Shown: positions 55,003-64,000 of the stretch, piece by piece
How positions within the stretch are numbered: position 1 is the stretch's first letter
Layout of the letters: each line of letters opens with the position of its first letter
Origin: Thermoanaerobaculia bacterium
GTDB lineage: Bacteria > Acidobacteriota > Thermoanaerobaculia > Multivoradales > Multivoraceae
NCBI GenBank assembly: GCA_963666565.1
Contig: OY762911.1
Coordinates: 1,824,001-1,888,000, forward strand
Length of the DNA: 64,000 nucleotides
Direction: 5' to 3'
Notes under the pieces: model-generated
The model's input: only the letters and a program-made list of their open reading frames with translations
What the model was told of the DNA's origin: nothing
Databases searched by the model: none
Program-made: the position numbers and the translations under genes

Positions 55003-57492
55003 GTGAAGGCCGCTGGCGAGGGGCCGCGCAAGCCCCGGGTGACGATCGGGCGGCGGGACTTCTTCAAGGTCTACGCCGCGGCCGGGGTCGCGGTGCTGCA
55101 GGGCTGCCGCCGTCGGGACGAAGAGTTGATCGAGTCGCCGGTGCGGCGGAGTACGGCTCTGCCGGGAGCGTCGGTGTGGCGGCGCTCGATCTGTGGACAG
55201 TGCGGCGCCGGTTGCGAGGTCGAAGTCCGGACGGTCGACCGGCTGGCCAAGAAGATCGAGGGGCTGCCGGACGGCTTCGTCAACCGGGGCGGCGTCTGCG
55301 CCCTGGGACATTCGGCTCTGCAGGAGCTGTATCACCCGGACCGGGTGACGGAACCGATGCGGCGGGGCGCCTCAGGCGAGTTGGAGCCGGTTTCGTGGGA
55401 GGAAGCGCTCGAGTCCGCGGCGACGGCGATCGCGGCCGCGCCGGACGCGACGACTGTTGTCGCCGGCGCGCCCTCGGGACCGCTTCTTGGCGTTTGGCGG
55501 CGGTTCGCGACGGCAGTTGGCGCGCCGCCGCCGGTTCACTGGCAGCCCGTCGACGCGGCGGTGGAGCGGGAGGCGGCGCGGCTCGCGTTCGGCGAGTCGA
55601 CCCGGCCGGCGTACGACCTGGCGCGGGCCGACTATGTGGTCTCCGTCGGCGCTCCCTTCCTCGACGGGTGGCGGAGTCCGGTCCACTTCGGCGCGTCCTG
55701 GGCCGAACTGACCGCCGACCGGGGCGGCAAGCTGGTTCAGGTCGAGGCGCGACAATCGCTGACAGCGGCGAACGCGGACGACTGGCTGCCGGTGCGGCCG
55801 GGCAGCGAGGGGTTCTTCGTTCGCGGCCTGGCCGGACTCCTGCTGGGGTCGGGAACGGAGCCGGGAACGGTCGGGGAGGAGGAGCGGGCGGCCTACGAAG
55901 CGCTCTACCCCGGCGCGCCGCCCGACCTGGCGGCGACCGCCGAGCGTTGCGGAATCGATGCCGGCCGGATCGAGAAGCTCGCGGCGGAACTCTCCCGCGC
56001 GCGCCGGCCGTTCGTGATGGCCGGCGGATCGGCGCTCGAAGGCGAGAGCGGCGTTGCCGCGGGTGCCGCGGCGCTTGCGCTCAACCTGCTGCTGGGCGCC
56101 GTGGGCCGCGAGGGCGGCGTCTTCGCCGGCGTCGACTTCGGGTTCGAGGATCGCCTGGCCGGCGACTCCGGTGTGGCCGCGCCGCCTGCGGAACTGACTG
56201 ACCGGCTGGCTGCGGCCGGCGAATCGGGCGTCCTCGTCGTGTCGGAAGCCGATCCGCTGCACGCGATGCCGGGGCTCGCGGCCGCCTTCGAGGGCGCAGG
56301 CACGGTGATCGCGCTCTCCGCCTTCTTCGACGACACGACTCGCCGCGCCGACCTCGTGCTGCCGGTTCAGACCGACTTGGAACGCTTCCAGGCGGTGGAA
56401 CCGGACCCGGTGCGCGGCGTTCCAGCCCTGCTCATCGCATCGCCGACGGTGGCGCCGCGCGGCGAGGCGCGGCATCCGGGCGACGTGGCGCTGGCGCTCG
56501 CCGCGGCCGCCGGCAGCGCCCTGCCCTGGCCGGGCTTCCAGGAGGCGGTCGAGGGTGCGCTGAGCGACGCCTTCGCGGCGACGAGGGCCGCCGGCGACGA
56601 CTCGAACGACCCGGCCGCCCTGCCGGCGGCGCTCATCGCAGGGGCGCTGAACGCGCGCCAGTTCGTGCGCCGGACGACGGACGCCGGCGGCCTGGTCGGA
56701 ACCGAGGACATGCGACGCGGGCCTTCCCCGACGCCGGCCGCGGACGACGGGGCCGCCACGGTTGCGGGGATCGTCGATCCGGCCTCGCTGCCGGCGCCCG
56801 CCGCTCCGGCGGGGGTGGAGGCCTTCACCCTGATCCCGTTCGAGTCGGTCAAGCTGGGCGACGGCCGCGGCGCCAACCGGCCCTGGCTGCAGGAGTTGCC
56901 GGACCCGCTGTCGACCGTCATGTGGGGGTCCTGGGCCGAGATGGCGACTGCCGACGCCGACCGGCTGGGCATCCGCACCGGCGACATCGTGCGGCTCACT
57001 GGAACCGCGGCCGAGATCGAACTGCCGGCGATCGTGCTGCCGTCGGTGCGGCCCGGCTCCGTCGGCGTGCCGGTCGGCGGCGGCCACGCGGACTACGGCC
57101 GTTACGCCCGCGGCCGGGGCGTCAACGTGAACGCCCTGCTCGACCCGGACCGCCGCGTCGCCGGCGCCGGCGCGTTCGCCCGCAGCGGCGTCCGCGTAAG
57201 GGTCGAGCGTTTGCGCCGTCCGCGCCGCGCCGAACGCCCCGTGATCTACGGCCGCGGTCTGCGCCAGGCCGAGGAGATTCCCGTCGGCTGGGCGCCGCAC
57301 GGCAGCGGCGCCGAGCACGCGGCGTTGCGGGAAGCCGGCGGGACGCCCGAGTTGGCGCGCACCGCGCCGCGCCTGAACCGGACCGTGCGCTCGTCATCGG
57401 GCGATCGGACGGAAGCTGGCCTGGTGCGCCGGCTCGGCCGGCCGCGGCGCGCGGCCGCGGTGTCGCCGTCGACTCGCGAGGAGAAGGCATGA
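55003..57492 (+). CDS. molybdopterin-oxidoreductase-like subunit (ActB1/QrcB-like), Tat-exported
   Basis: RRDFFK Tat motif followed by LQGC lipobox, CGQCGAGC...C Fe-S motif, QELYHPDR and ANRPWLQELPDPL. Confidence 0.88.
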   Translation: MKAAGEGPRKPRVTIGRRDFFKVYAAAGVAVLQGCRRRDEELIESPVRRSTALPGASVWRRSICGQCGAGCEVEVRTVDRLAKKIEGLPDGFVNRGGVCALGHSALQELYHPDRVTEPMRRGASGELEPVSWEEALESAATAIAAAPDATTVVAGAPSGPLLGVWRRFATAVGAPPPVHWQPVDAAVEREAARLAFGESTRPAYDLARADYVVSVGAPFLDGWRSPVHFGASWAELTADRGGKLVQVEARQSLTAANADDWLPVRPGSEGFFVRGLAGLLLGSGTEPGTVGEEERAAYEALYPGAPPDLAATAERCGIDAGRIEKLAAELSRARRPFVMAGGSALEGESGVAAGAAALALNLLLGAVGREGGVFAGVDFGFEDRLAGDSGVAAPPAELTDRLAAAGESGVLVVSEADPLHAMPGLAAAFEGAGTVIALSAFFDDTTRRADLVLPVQTDLERFQAVEPDPVRGVPALLIASPTVAPRGEARHPGDVALALAAAAGSALPWPGFQEAVEGALSDAFAATRAAGDDSNDPAALPAALIAGALNARQFVRRTTDAGGLVGTEDMRRGPSPTPAADDGAATVAGIVDPASLPAPAAPAGVEAFTLIPFESVKLGDGRGANRPWLQELPDPLSTVMWGSWAEMATADADRLGIRTGDIVRLTGTAAEIELPAIVLPSVRPGSVGVPVGGGHADYGRYARGRGVNVNALLDPDRRVAGAGAFARSGVRVRVERLRRPRRAERPVIYGRGLRQAEEIPVGWAPHGSGAEHAALREAGGTPELARTAPRLNRTVRSSSGDRTEAGLVRRLGRPRRAAAVSPSTREEKA

Positions 57493-58190
57493 CGCGCTGG
57501 GGCATGGCCATCGATCTCGACCGCTGCACCGGCTGCGAGGCCTGCGTCGTCGCGTGCGCCGCCGAGAACAACATCCAGACGGTGGGCGAGGAGCAGGCGC
57601 GCGAGGGCCGGGCGATGCACTGGCTCCGGATCGAGCGCTACTACGAGGGCGAGTTCCCCAACGTCCGTACCCGCTTCATGCCCGTGCTCTGCCAGCACTG
57701 CGGCGCGGCGCCGTGCGAGCCCGTCTGCCCGGTCTACGCGACCTACCACAACCCGGAAGGGCTGAACGCGATGGTGTACAGCCGCTGCATCGGCACGCGG
57801 TTCTGCGCCAACAACTGCCCGTACACGGTGCGCGTCTTCAACTGGTTCGACGCCGAGTTCCCGGCGCCGCTCGAGTCCCAGTTGAACCCGGACGTCAGCG
57901 TCCGGCCCGGCGGCGTGATGGAGAAGTGCACCTTCTGCGTGCAGCGCATCCAGGCCGGCAAGGACGAGGCGGCTCAAGCAGAGCGCGAGGTCGCGGACGG
58001 CGACGTGAAGACGGCGTGCCAGCAGTCATGCCCGACAAAGGCGATCGCGTTCGGCGACCTCGACGATCCCGACAGCGAGGTGTCGCGGTGGGCCGAGTCG
58101 CCGCGGTCTTTCAGCCTGCTGGGCGATCTCGATACGCGCCCCGGCGTCGTCTACCTGAGCGGGTCGGAATGGCGGGAGCCTCCTGAATGA
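57489..58190 (+). CDS. 4Fe-4S protein (ActB2/QrcC-like)
   Basis: IDLDRCTGCEACVVAC, CQHCGAAPCEPVCP, RCIGTRFCANNCPY and MEKCTFC. Confidence 0.92.
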   Translation: MTRWGMAIDLDRCTGCEACVVACAAENNIQTVGEEQAREGRAMHWLRIERYYEGEFPNVRTRFMPVLCQHCGAAPCEPVCPVYATYHNPEGLNAMVYSRCIGTRFCANNCPYTVRVFNWFDAEFPAPLESQLNPDVSVRPGGVMEKCTFCVQRIQAGKDEAAQAEREVADGDVKTACQQSCPTKAIAFGDLDDPDSEVSRWAESPRSFSLLGDLDTRPGVVYLSGSEWREPPE

Positions 58191-59590
58191 CGGATCGGCC
58201 GCAGACCTCGGCCAAGGCGCTCGACGGCGAGCTGCTCGGCCGCCTCGACCGGCGCCGGCCCGGCCTGCTCCTGGGCTCGCTCGCCAGCGGCGCCCTGGTC
58301 CTCGTCTTCTTCTACTGCTGGGGCTACCAGATCGCGAACGGGATCGGCGTCACCGGCATCAACCGGCCGGTGTTCTGGGGCTTCTACATCATCAACTTCG
58401 TCTTCTGGATCGGCATCAGCCACGCCGGCACGCTGATCTCGGCGATCCTGCGGGTGACGAACGCCGAGTGGCGGCGGCCGGTCACCCGCTCGGCGGAGGC
58501 GATCACGCTGTTCGCTCTCGCCATCGGCGGCCTGTTCCCGCTGATCCACCTCGGCCGGGTGACGATCTTCTACTACATGGTCCCGTACCCGAACAGCCGG
58601 ATGCTGTGGCCGAACTTCCGCTCGCCCCTGGTGTGGGACATCGCCGCGATCACGACCTACATCATCGGCAGCGCGCTCTACCTGTTCCTGCCGCTGATCC
58701 CGGACGCGGCGGTCATGCGCGACCGTGCCGCGGCGGGCCTGAAGAAGCGTTTCTACGCGATCCTCGCGCTCGGCTGGCGCGGCACGGCGCAGCAGTGGCA
58801 CAGCCTGGAGTGGGGGATCCGCATTCTGGCGGTGGCGATCATCCCGGTCGCGGTCTCGGTCCACACGATCGTCTCCTGGGACTTCGCGATGACCCGGACG
58901 CCGGGCTGGAAGAGCACGATCTTCGGGCCGTACTTCGTCGTCGGCGCGATCTTCTCCGGTATCGCGGTGCTGATGATCGCGATGGCGCTGCTCCGGCGCG
59001 GCCTCTCGCTCGAGCGCTTCCTGACCGACCGCGTCTTCAACAACCTGGGGCTGCTGTTCGTGACGATGTCCCTGGTCTGGGGCTACTTCACGTTCGCCGA
59101 GCACCTGACCGTGTGGTACAGCGGCGACCTGCCGGAGAAGATGGTGCATCACGTCCTGCTGCACGGCGACTTCGCGCTGCCGTTCTGGACGATGGTGGTC
59201 GTGAACCTGGTGATCCCGGTGGCCGTGCTGTCGTTCCCGCGTGGCCGGCGGCCGCTGCCGACCGCGCTGGTCGGTTGCGGCGTGCTGGTCGGCATGTGGC
59301 TCGAACGGTTCCTGATCGTGGTGCCGGCGCTGTCGACGCCGCGGCTGGCCTACAACGTCGGCGACTACCTGCCGAGCTGGGTGGAAGTCGGCATCATGAT
59401 CGGGGCGGTCGGCGTGTTCGCCTGCCTCTACTTCACGTTCACCCAGTTGCTGCCGATCGTCTCGGTGTGGGAGATGCGCGAGGGCTGGCGGCACGCGGCG
59501 GGCGGCGCGGCGGGCGGGCACGTCGAGACCGCCGGCGCCGCGCCGCCGTCCGCCGCGGCTTCGCCGGCGCCGGGAGGAGGGGCGGCGTGA
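58187..59590 (+). CDS. actC: NrfD/PsrC-family quinol-binding membrane subunit (ActC-like)
   Basis: WGFYIINFVFWIGISHAGTLISAIL, HLGR, NFRSPLVWD, SVHTIVSWDFA and MWLERF. Confidence 0.88.
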   Translation: MTDRPQTSAKALDGELLGRLDRRRPGLLLGSLASGALVLVFFYCWGYQIANGIGVTGINRPVFWGFYIINFVFWIGISHAGTLISAILRVTNAEWRRPVTRSAEAITLFALAIGGLFPLIHLGRVTIFYYMVPYPNSRMLWPNFRSPLVWDIAAITTYIIGSALYLFLPLIPDAAVMRDRAAAGLKKRFYAILALGWRGTAQQWHSLEWGIRILAVAIIPVAVSVHTIVSWDFAMTRTPGWKSTIFGPYFVVGAIFSGIAVLMIAMALLRRGLSLERFLTDRVFNNLGLLFVTMSLVWGYFTFAEHLTVWYSGDLPEKMVHHVLLHGDFALPFWTMVVVNLVIPVAVLSFPRGRRPLPTALVGCGVLVGMWLERFLIVVPALSTPRLAYNVGDYLPSWVEVGIMIGAVGVFACLYFTFTQLLPIVSVWEMREGWRHAAGGAAGGHVETAGAAPPSAAASPAPGGGAA

Positions 59591-60123
59591 CCGCGGCCGG
59601 CCGGGACCGCCTCGTGGAGGCCGTGTTCGAGCGCGTCGAGGACGTGCGGGCCGCCGTCGAGGCCGTGCTGGAGTCGGGAGTCGCGGCCTCGCAGGTCGAG
59701 GTGCGGAGTCCGGCGCCGCTCGAGGAGGGCGAACTGCCGCTGCCGAAGCCGAAGTCGCGGGTGCTGCTGTTCGCCCTTGCCGGCGCCGTTCTCGGCGGGC
59801 TCACGGCCTTCGGCCTGGCGGCCGGCACCGCGCTGGCCTACCCGCTGCCGACTGGCGGCATGTCGATCGTCGCCGGTCCGCCGGTGGGCGTCGTCACCTA
59901 CGAAGGGACGGCGCTGGGGCTGATCCTGATGACGGTGCTGCGGGTGTTGTGGGAAGGGGGCCTGTTGCCGGGCCGTGCGATCCGGGGCGGGCGCGGCCGG
60001 CCGTCGGACCTCGACCGGCACGTCGCCGACGGCAGGCTGCTGCTGCGGCTTCACGGCCTGAGCGAAGAGGAGGCCGGCCGGGCACGCGACCTTTGCCGTC
60101 CCGGCGCCCTCGAACTGAGGTAG
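59587..60123 (+). CDS. ActD-like (DUF3341) membrane subunit
   Basis: EVRSPAP, two TM helices, YPLPTGG...VVTYE. GTG start overlaps the actC stop. Confidence 0.75.
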   Translation: MTAAGRDRLVEAVFERVEDVRAAVEAVLESGVAASQVEVRSPAPLEEGELPLPKPKSRVLLFALAGAVLGGLTAFGLAAGTALAYPLPTGGMSIVAGPPVGVVTYEGTALGLILMTVLRVLWEGGLLPGRAIRGGRGRPSDLDRHVADGRLLLRLHGLSEEEAGRARDLCRPGALELR

Positions 60124-60216
60124 GTCCCGGCGCCTCCTGTGGCGCTGGCCCGCCGGCTGCGATAGCTTCGCCGCTTCACGCTACAGCGCCCTCTCTGGAA
60201 AAGGAGCAAGCCAGCC

Positions 60217-61491
60217 ATGCCCGATCTCGATCCGTTCGGCATCGATGCCGAGTTGTACGACCTCTCGATGTCCGAGGAAGCGAAGCCGCTTCTGACCAAG
60301 GTCAAGAACTTCGTCGACGACTACGTCGAGCCGATCACCGAGGAGTACTACCGTCGCGGCGAAGGCCGGGAGGACCGGTGGAGCTACGGCGAGGGGCAGT
60401 TGGAGCTGCTCGACGGCGCCAAGGCGAAGGCCAGGGAGATGGGCCTGTGGAACTTCTTCCTGCCGGACGCGGAGACGGGCGAGGGCATGAAGAACCTCGA
60501 CTACGCCTACATCGCCCAGGTGCTCGGCAAGAACCCGCTCGCCTCGCAGTGCATGAACTGCAGCGCGCCGGACACCGGCAACATGGAAGTCCTCGAGCGC
60601 GTCGGCACGGAGGAGCAGAAGGAGAAGTGGCTGGTGCCGCTGCTGAACGGCGAGATCCGATCCTGCTTCGGCATGACGGAGCCGAACCTGGCCTCGTCCG
60701 ACGCGAAGAACATCGGTACCCGCGCGACGCTCGACGGCGACGAGTGGGTGATCGAGGGCGAGAAGTACTACATCTCCGGCGCCGGCGACCCGCGCTGCAA
60801 GATCATGATCTGCATGGTGAAGACGAGCCCCGGCGGGCCGGCGCACCGCCAGCAGTCCCAGATCCTGGTGCCGATGGACACGCCGGGCGTGAACGTCCTG
60901 GGGCCGATGAAGGTCTTCGGGCACGACCACGCGCCGCACGGCCACATGCACATCAAGCTGGACAACGTCCGCGTGCCGAAGGAGAACATCCTGCTCGGCG
61001 AGGGTCGGGGCTTCGAGATCTCCCAGCTTCGGCTCGGCCCGGGCCGCATCCACCACTGCATGCGGTCCGTCGGCCAGGCAGAGAAGGCGCTCGACCTGAT
61101 GGTCCAGCGCGGCATGTCCCGCGAGGCGTTCGGTCGGCCGATCATCCAGCTCGGCAAGAACATCGAGGTCGTGTCGCGCGCCCGCATCGACATCGAGGCG
61201 ATGCGCCTCATGGTGCTGCGCGCCGCCAAGGCGATGGACGTGCTCGGCAACCGGGAAGCGCGCGTCTGGGTCCACGCCGTCAAGGCGATGGTGCCCGAGC
61301 GCTGCTGCCAGATCATCGACCAGGCGATCCAGATGCACGGCGCCACCGGCGTCTCGCAGTGGACGCCTCTCGCCGACATGTACACCGGCCAGCGGACCCT
61401 GCGCATCGCGGACGGCCCGGACGAGGTGCATCACCTCGTCGTCGGCCGCGCCGAGCTGCGGCGGTACACGGAGGCGAGCGCCGCGAACTAG
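60217..61491 (+). CDS. acyl-CoA dehydrogenase (ACAD10/11-like)
   Basis: GLWNFFLP, NCSAPDTGNMEVL, MTEP...SSDA, RLGPGRIHHCMR and RIADGPDEVH. Confidence 0.93.
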   Translation: MPDLDPFGIDAELYDLSMSEEAKPLLTKVKNFVDDYVEPITEEYYRRGEGREDRWSYGEGQLELLDGAKAKAREMGLWNFFLPDAETGEGMKNLDYAYIAQVLGKNPLASQCMNCSAPDTGNMEVLERVGTEEQKEKWLVPLLNGEIRSCFGMTEPNLASSDAKNIGTRATLDGDEWVIEGEKYYISGAGDPRCKIMICMVKTSPGGPAHRQQSQILVPMDTPGVNVLGPMKVFGHDHAPHGHMHIKLDNVRVPKENILLGEGRGFEISQLRLGPGRIHHCMRSVGQAEKALDLMVQRGMSREAFGRPIIQLGKNIEVVSRARIDIEAMRLMVLRAAKAMDVLGNREARVWVHAVKAMVPERCCQIIDQAIQMHGATGVSQWTPLADMYTGQRTLRIADGPDEVHHLVVGRAELRRYTEASAAN

Positions 61492-61505
61492 GCGGAGCGA
61501 GCAGC

Positions 61506-61714
61506 GCGTCGTCGTCGGTTGCACCCGCCTTCTCCAGGCCGGAGGAGAGGGTCGCCGGGGTCGCTCGCGCTCTCTGAATGAGTGGAAGGTCGGCGCTCGC
61601 TGCGGTCGGCTGCGCTCCGGTTCGGCGTCGGCCGATGCGGGGGCGTCGCCCGTCGCTTGCCGACAGCCCCAGGCGACCCTCTCCTCCGGCCGGGAGAAGG
61701 CTGGAGGTCGTCGG
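61506..61714. repeat. structured intergenic element copy B (30-bp inverted repeat with one mismatch enclosing a 115-nt conserved core)
   Basis: Arms 61527-61556 and 61672-61701. Core and flanks align with 53954-54159. Confidence 0.85.
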
Positions 61715-61920
61715 CCTCTGCGGTTTCGATCGCTGCAGTCCTGGCTGGCCGCCCGTAGGCGGTCGCTCGTCTTACTTCACGTAGACCGGATTCGAGTAGA
61801 TCCACGTGTCCCGCGGCGACGGCCGCGCGGATCGACGGCTCGTCGAGTGCCGGCGCGAGGATGTGGGTCGTCGAGACGCAGCGGCCAGCAGGCCGCAGAC
61901 GCCGACCTGGAGCGGCAGCT

Positions 61921-62943
61921 TCACAAGGAGTAGACCCGGGCCGCCGTGCCGTAGAACATCGCGTCCTTCTCGTCGTCGGTGAACCCGGCGGAGATCTTCT
62001 TGAGCGCGTTGTACAGCGGGTGGTAGCCGATCGAGAGCTTGTCGACGGGGAAGTTGCTCTCGAACATGCATCGCTCGGGGCCGAAGCACTCGATCGTGCG
62101 CAGGTAGTAGCGGCGGTGGGCGGCGGCGAGTTCGTCGGAGGTGGCGGGGGTGGTGCGCTCGCTCCAGCCGAAGCCGTTGTCGGGCATGGCCAGGCCGCCG
62201 ATCTTGGCGACGACGTTGGGGCACTCGGCGATCTCGGCGATGTCGTCCTTCCAGGCCTCGAAGATCTCCTCGCGCCTGTCCGCGTACGGTCCGACGCCCA
62301 GCGGCGTGCCGAAGTGGTCGAGGATCATCGTCGTTTCGGGCACGGCGCGGGCCAGGGCGGCGAAGTCGCGGTTCTGGTGGTGGTAGTGCCAGGTGTCGAA
62401 GGTCAGGCCGCGGGCGCCGAGGACCTTCATGCCGCGCCGGAAGTCGTCGCGGGCGTAGAGGCCCTCGGGCGCCCGGCCGGCGATGCGCAGGTGCTCGGGG
62501 TGGGGATCGCGGGCCCCCGAGTGGCGGATGCCCCGGAACAGGCCGGGGCCGGCCTCCTCGTGGGCGTCGAGGACTTCCGCGACGCCTTCGGCCAGGGTCA
62601 GATTGGCGTGGCTGACGATGCCGGAGATCGTCGCGCCGTCGCCCGCCGCGGAGGCTGCGGCAGCCTCGGCCACGAACTCCGTCTCGCCGACGCAGCGCAG
62701 GTGCTCCGGTCCGTCCTCGCGGTAGCAGGCCCGGCACTCGACGAAGACGGTCTTCTCGACGTTGTGACTCCGACCGTCCGACCCTTCGGCCTCCGTGTCG
62801 CCCCAGAGGTCCTCGAGCAGGTAGTCGCCGGTGGGGCGCCGCCAGAGATGATGGTGAGGATCGACGATCCGCCGCGAAGGATCGACCGTGGGTTCGTGGA
62901 CCTGGGCAAGCCACCCGGCCGTGCCGGGCTTGGGTGCGGACAT
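61921..62943 (-). CDS. amidohydrolase family 2 protein
   Basis: VDPHHHLW, FRGIRH, ILDHFG, NVVAKIGGL and CMFESNFPVD. AGGAG Shine-Dalgarno before ATG 62943. Confidence 0.9.
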   Translation of the reverse strand: MSAPKPGTAGWLAQVHEPTVDPSRRIVDPHHHLWRRPTGDYLLEDLWGDTEAEGSDGRSHNVEKTVFVECRACYREDGPEHLRCVGETEFVAEAAAASAAGDGATISGIVSHANLTLAEGVAEVLDAHEEAGPGLFRGIRHSGARDPHPEHLRIAGRAPEGLYARDDFRRGMKVLGARGLTFDTWHYHHQNRDFAALARAVPETTMILDHFGTPLGVGPYADRREEIFEAWKDDIAEIAECPNVVAKIGGLAMPDNGFGWSERTTPATSDELAAAHRRYYLRTIECFGPERCMFESNFPVDKLSIGYHPLYNALKKISAGFTDDEKDAMFYGTAARVYSL

Positions 62944-63056
62944 GGCGTCTCCTGCGTGGTGCCATCCAGGCACCCGCTGACGGGCGCTCGGACTGATTGC
63001 GTGTGGCGCGGATCGCGCCGCATGAGTTCAAGGCGTACCCTAGCAACGGGTCAGTT

Positions 63057-64000
63057 ATGGCAAACTTGAATCTGACGTTCTCGGCGGAAAGAAGTTTGGC
63101 ATATCCCCTGTTCCACTCCCGTTGCTCCCGTCCTCGTCCGTCCTCGTTGACGGCTGGCGAGTTCGAGCGCGAGTTCGGCACGGCTGCTGGCGGCGAGGGC
63201 GGCCACGTCGAGTTCAAGGAGGGGCTGTCGGCGGCCAGGATCGCCGAGGCGGTGGTCGCCTTCTCGAACGCCGACGGCGGCGTGATCCTGCTCGGCGTAC
63301 ACGACGACGGCCGCGTCAAGGGCCTCGGTCCGAACGGCCAGCGCGACGCGCGCTTGCACCAGATCGTGGCGAATCTCCACGATCCGGGTCGCTATGACGT
63401 CCGGGAGCTTGACGTCGATGGTCGAACGGTCGTTGTCCTCTCGGTGCATCGGCGGGAGGAGGGCGTTGCCCTGACTTCCGACGGCCGCGTGCTGACGCGG
63501 ATGGGCGCCTCGAACCGGCCTCTCCTGGGCCGCGCCCTGTCCGAGCTTGTCGCGGCGCGTTCCTTGCAGAGTTTCGAGCGTACGGATGCGGGGACCCCGC
63601 TCGCCGGGGCCGATCCCGAGCTCTTGAGCGAACTGGCGCGTGCCTGGAGTTGGAGTGGCGACGGGCAGGCGGATCGCCTCCGGGAGCAGGGCTTTCTCAC
63701 CGGCGATGGCCGGTTGACCGTCGCGGGCGCGCTGTACCTGACCGCCGAGCCGAAGCAGTTTCTGGGCAAGGCGTTCGTCGAGATCTTCCGGTATCGGGAC
63801 GAGGGCGATGCCTACGACTTCCGGGAAGAGGTCGCCGGCCCGTTGCCGACTCAGGTCGAGAGGACGACGGAGATCGTGATGCGGGAGATCGGCTTCGACC
63901 TGGTCGTGCCGGACCTCCGCCGGCACGAGCTCCCGCGTTTGCCGGAGAAGGTGGTCCGGGAGGCGATCGCCAATGCGGTCGCGCACCGCTCCTACGAGGT
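63057..64000 (+). CDS. Schlafen/AlbA_2-domain ATP-binding protein (partial, runs off the window)
   Basis: Open frame from ATG 63057 with no stop, so it is absent from the ORF track: HVEFKE...VAFSNADGGVILLGVHDDG...REAIANAVAHRSY. True start uncertain. Confidence 0.85.
   Translation, partial: MANLNLTFSAERSLAYPLFHSRCSRPRPSSLTAGEFEREFGTAAGGEGGHVEFKEGLSAARIAEAVVAFSNADGGVILLGVHDDGRVKGLGPNGQRDARLHQIVANLHDPGRYDVRELDVDGRTVVVLSVHRREEGVALTSDGRVLTRMGASNRPLLGRALSELVAARSLQSFERTDAGTPLAGADPELLSELARAWSWSGDGQADRLREQGFLTGDGRLTVAGALYLTAEPKQFLGKAFVEIFRYRDEGDAYDFREEVAGPLPTQVERTTEIVMREIGFDLVVPDLRRHELPRLPEKVVREAIANAVAHRSYE

Noticed and set aside
1-64000. tRNA, rRNA, prophage or transposase genes
   Set aside because: No cloverleaf or T-loop consensus, rRNA-like tract, phage structural gene or DDE/HUH transposase motif was seen by eye. 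tRNAscan-SE and ISEScan would be needed to exclude them formally.

Overview
High-GC bacterial chromosomal window of about 50 CDS. The gene content (TonB receptor, lipoproteins, ACIII-like complex) indicates a diderm, and an Acidobacteriota-like host is a guess from gene style only. In order: (1) a putative terpenoid/lipid-tailoring cluster with a sulfotransferase, two paralogous P450s that both carry Gly-Pro at the I-helix acid-alcohol pair, an RND pump, an intact squalene/phytoene synthase and an inverted, internally deleted copy of it, followed by kynU and a heme-c/copper-monooxygenase-like protein; (2) recC-recB-recD, divergent from a cobalamin riboswitch and btuB; (3) a dispersed surface-glycan locus (GT-C, flippase, GT2s, Thr-type 'sulfatase', and an HddC-GmhB/SDR/RmlC/HddA/C-methyltransferase operon) interleaved with single accessory genes (DUF5678-like + aspartic protease pair, orphan MNT, AAA-DUF4143, orphan RHH and Phd antitoxins, orphan N6-methyltransferase, pRiA4b ORF-3); (4) an acyl-CoA ligase/carboxylase/hydratase operon; (5) a reduced ACIII/Qrc-like respiratory operon, an acyl-CoA dehydrogenase, an amidohydrolase and a partial AlbA_2 ATPase. 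Non-coding highlights are two ~207-nt elements with a conserved core closed by 29-30-bp stems that differ in sequence but keep their pairing, a dispersed REP-like hairpin family, and -10 boxes 6-7 nt before many start codons (leaderless-type). No tRNA, rRNA, CRISPR array, transposase or integrase was seen. All calls come from reading motifs by eye; no searches were run.
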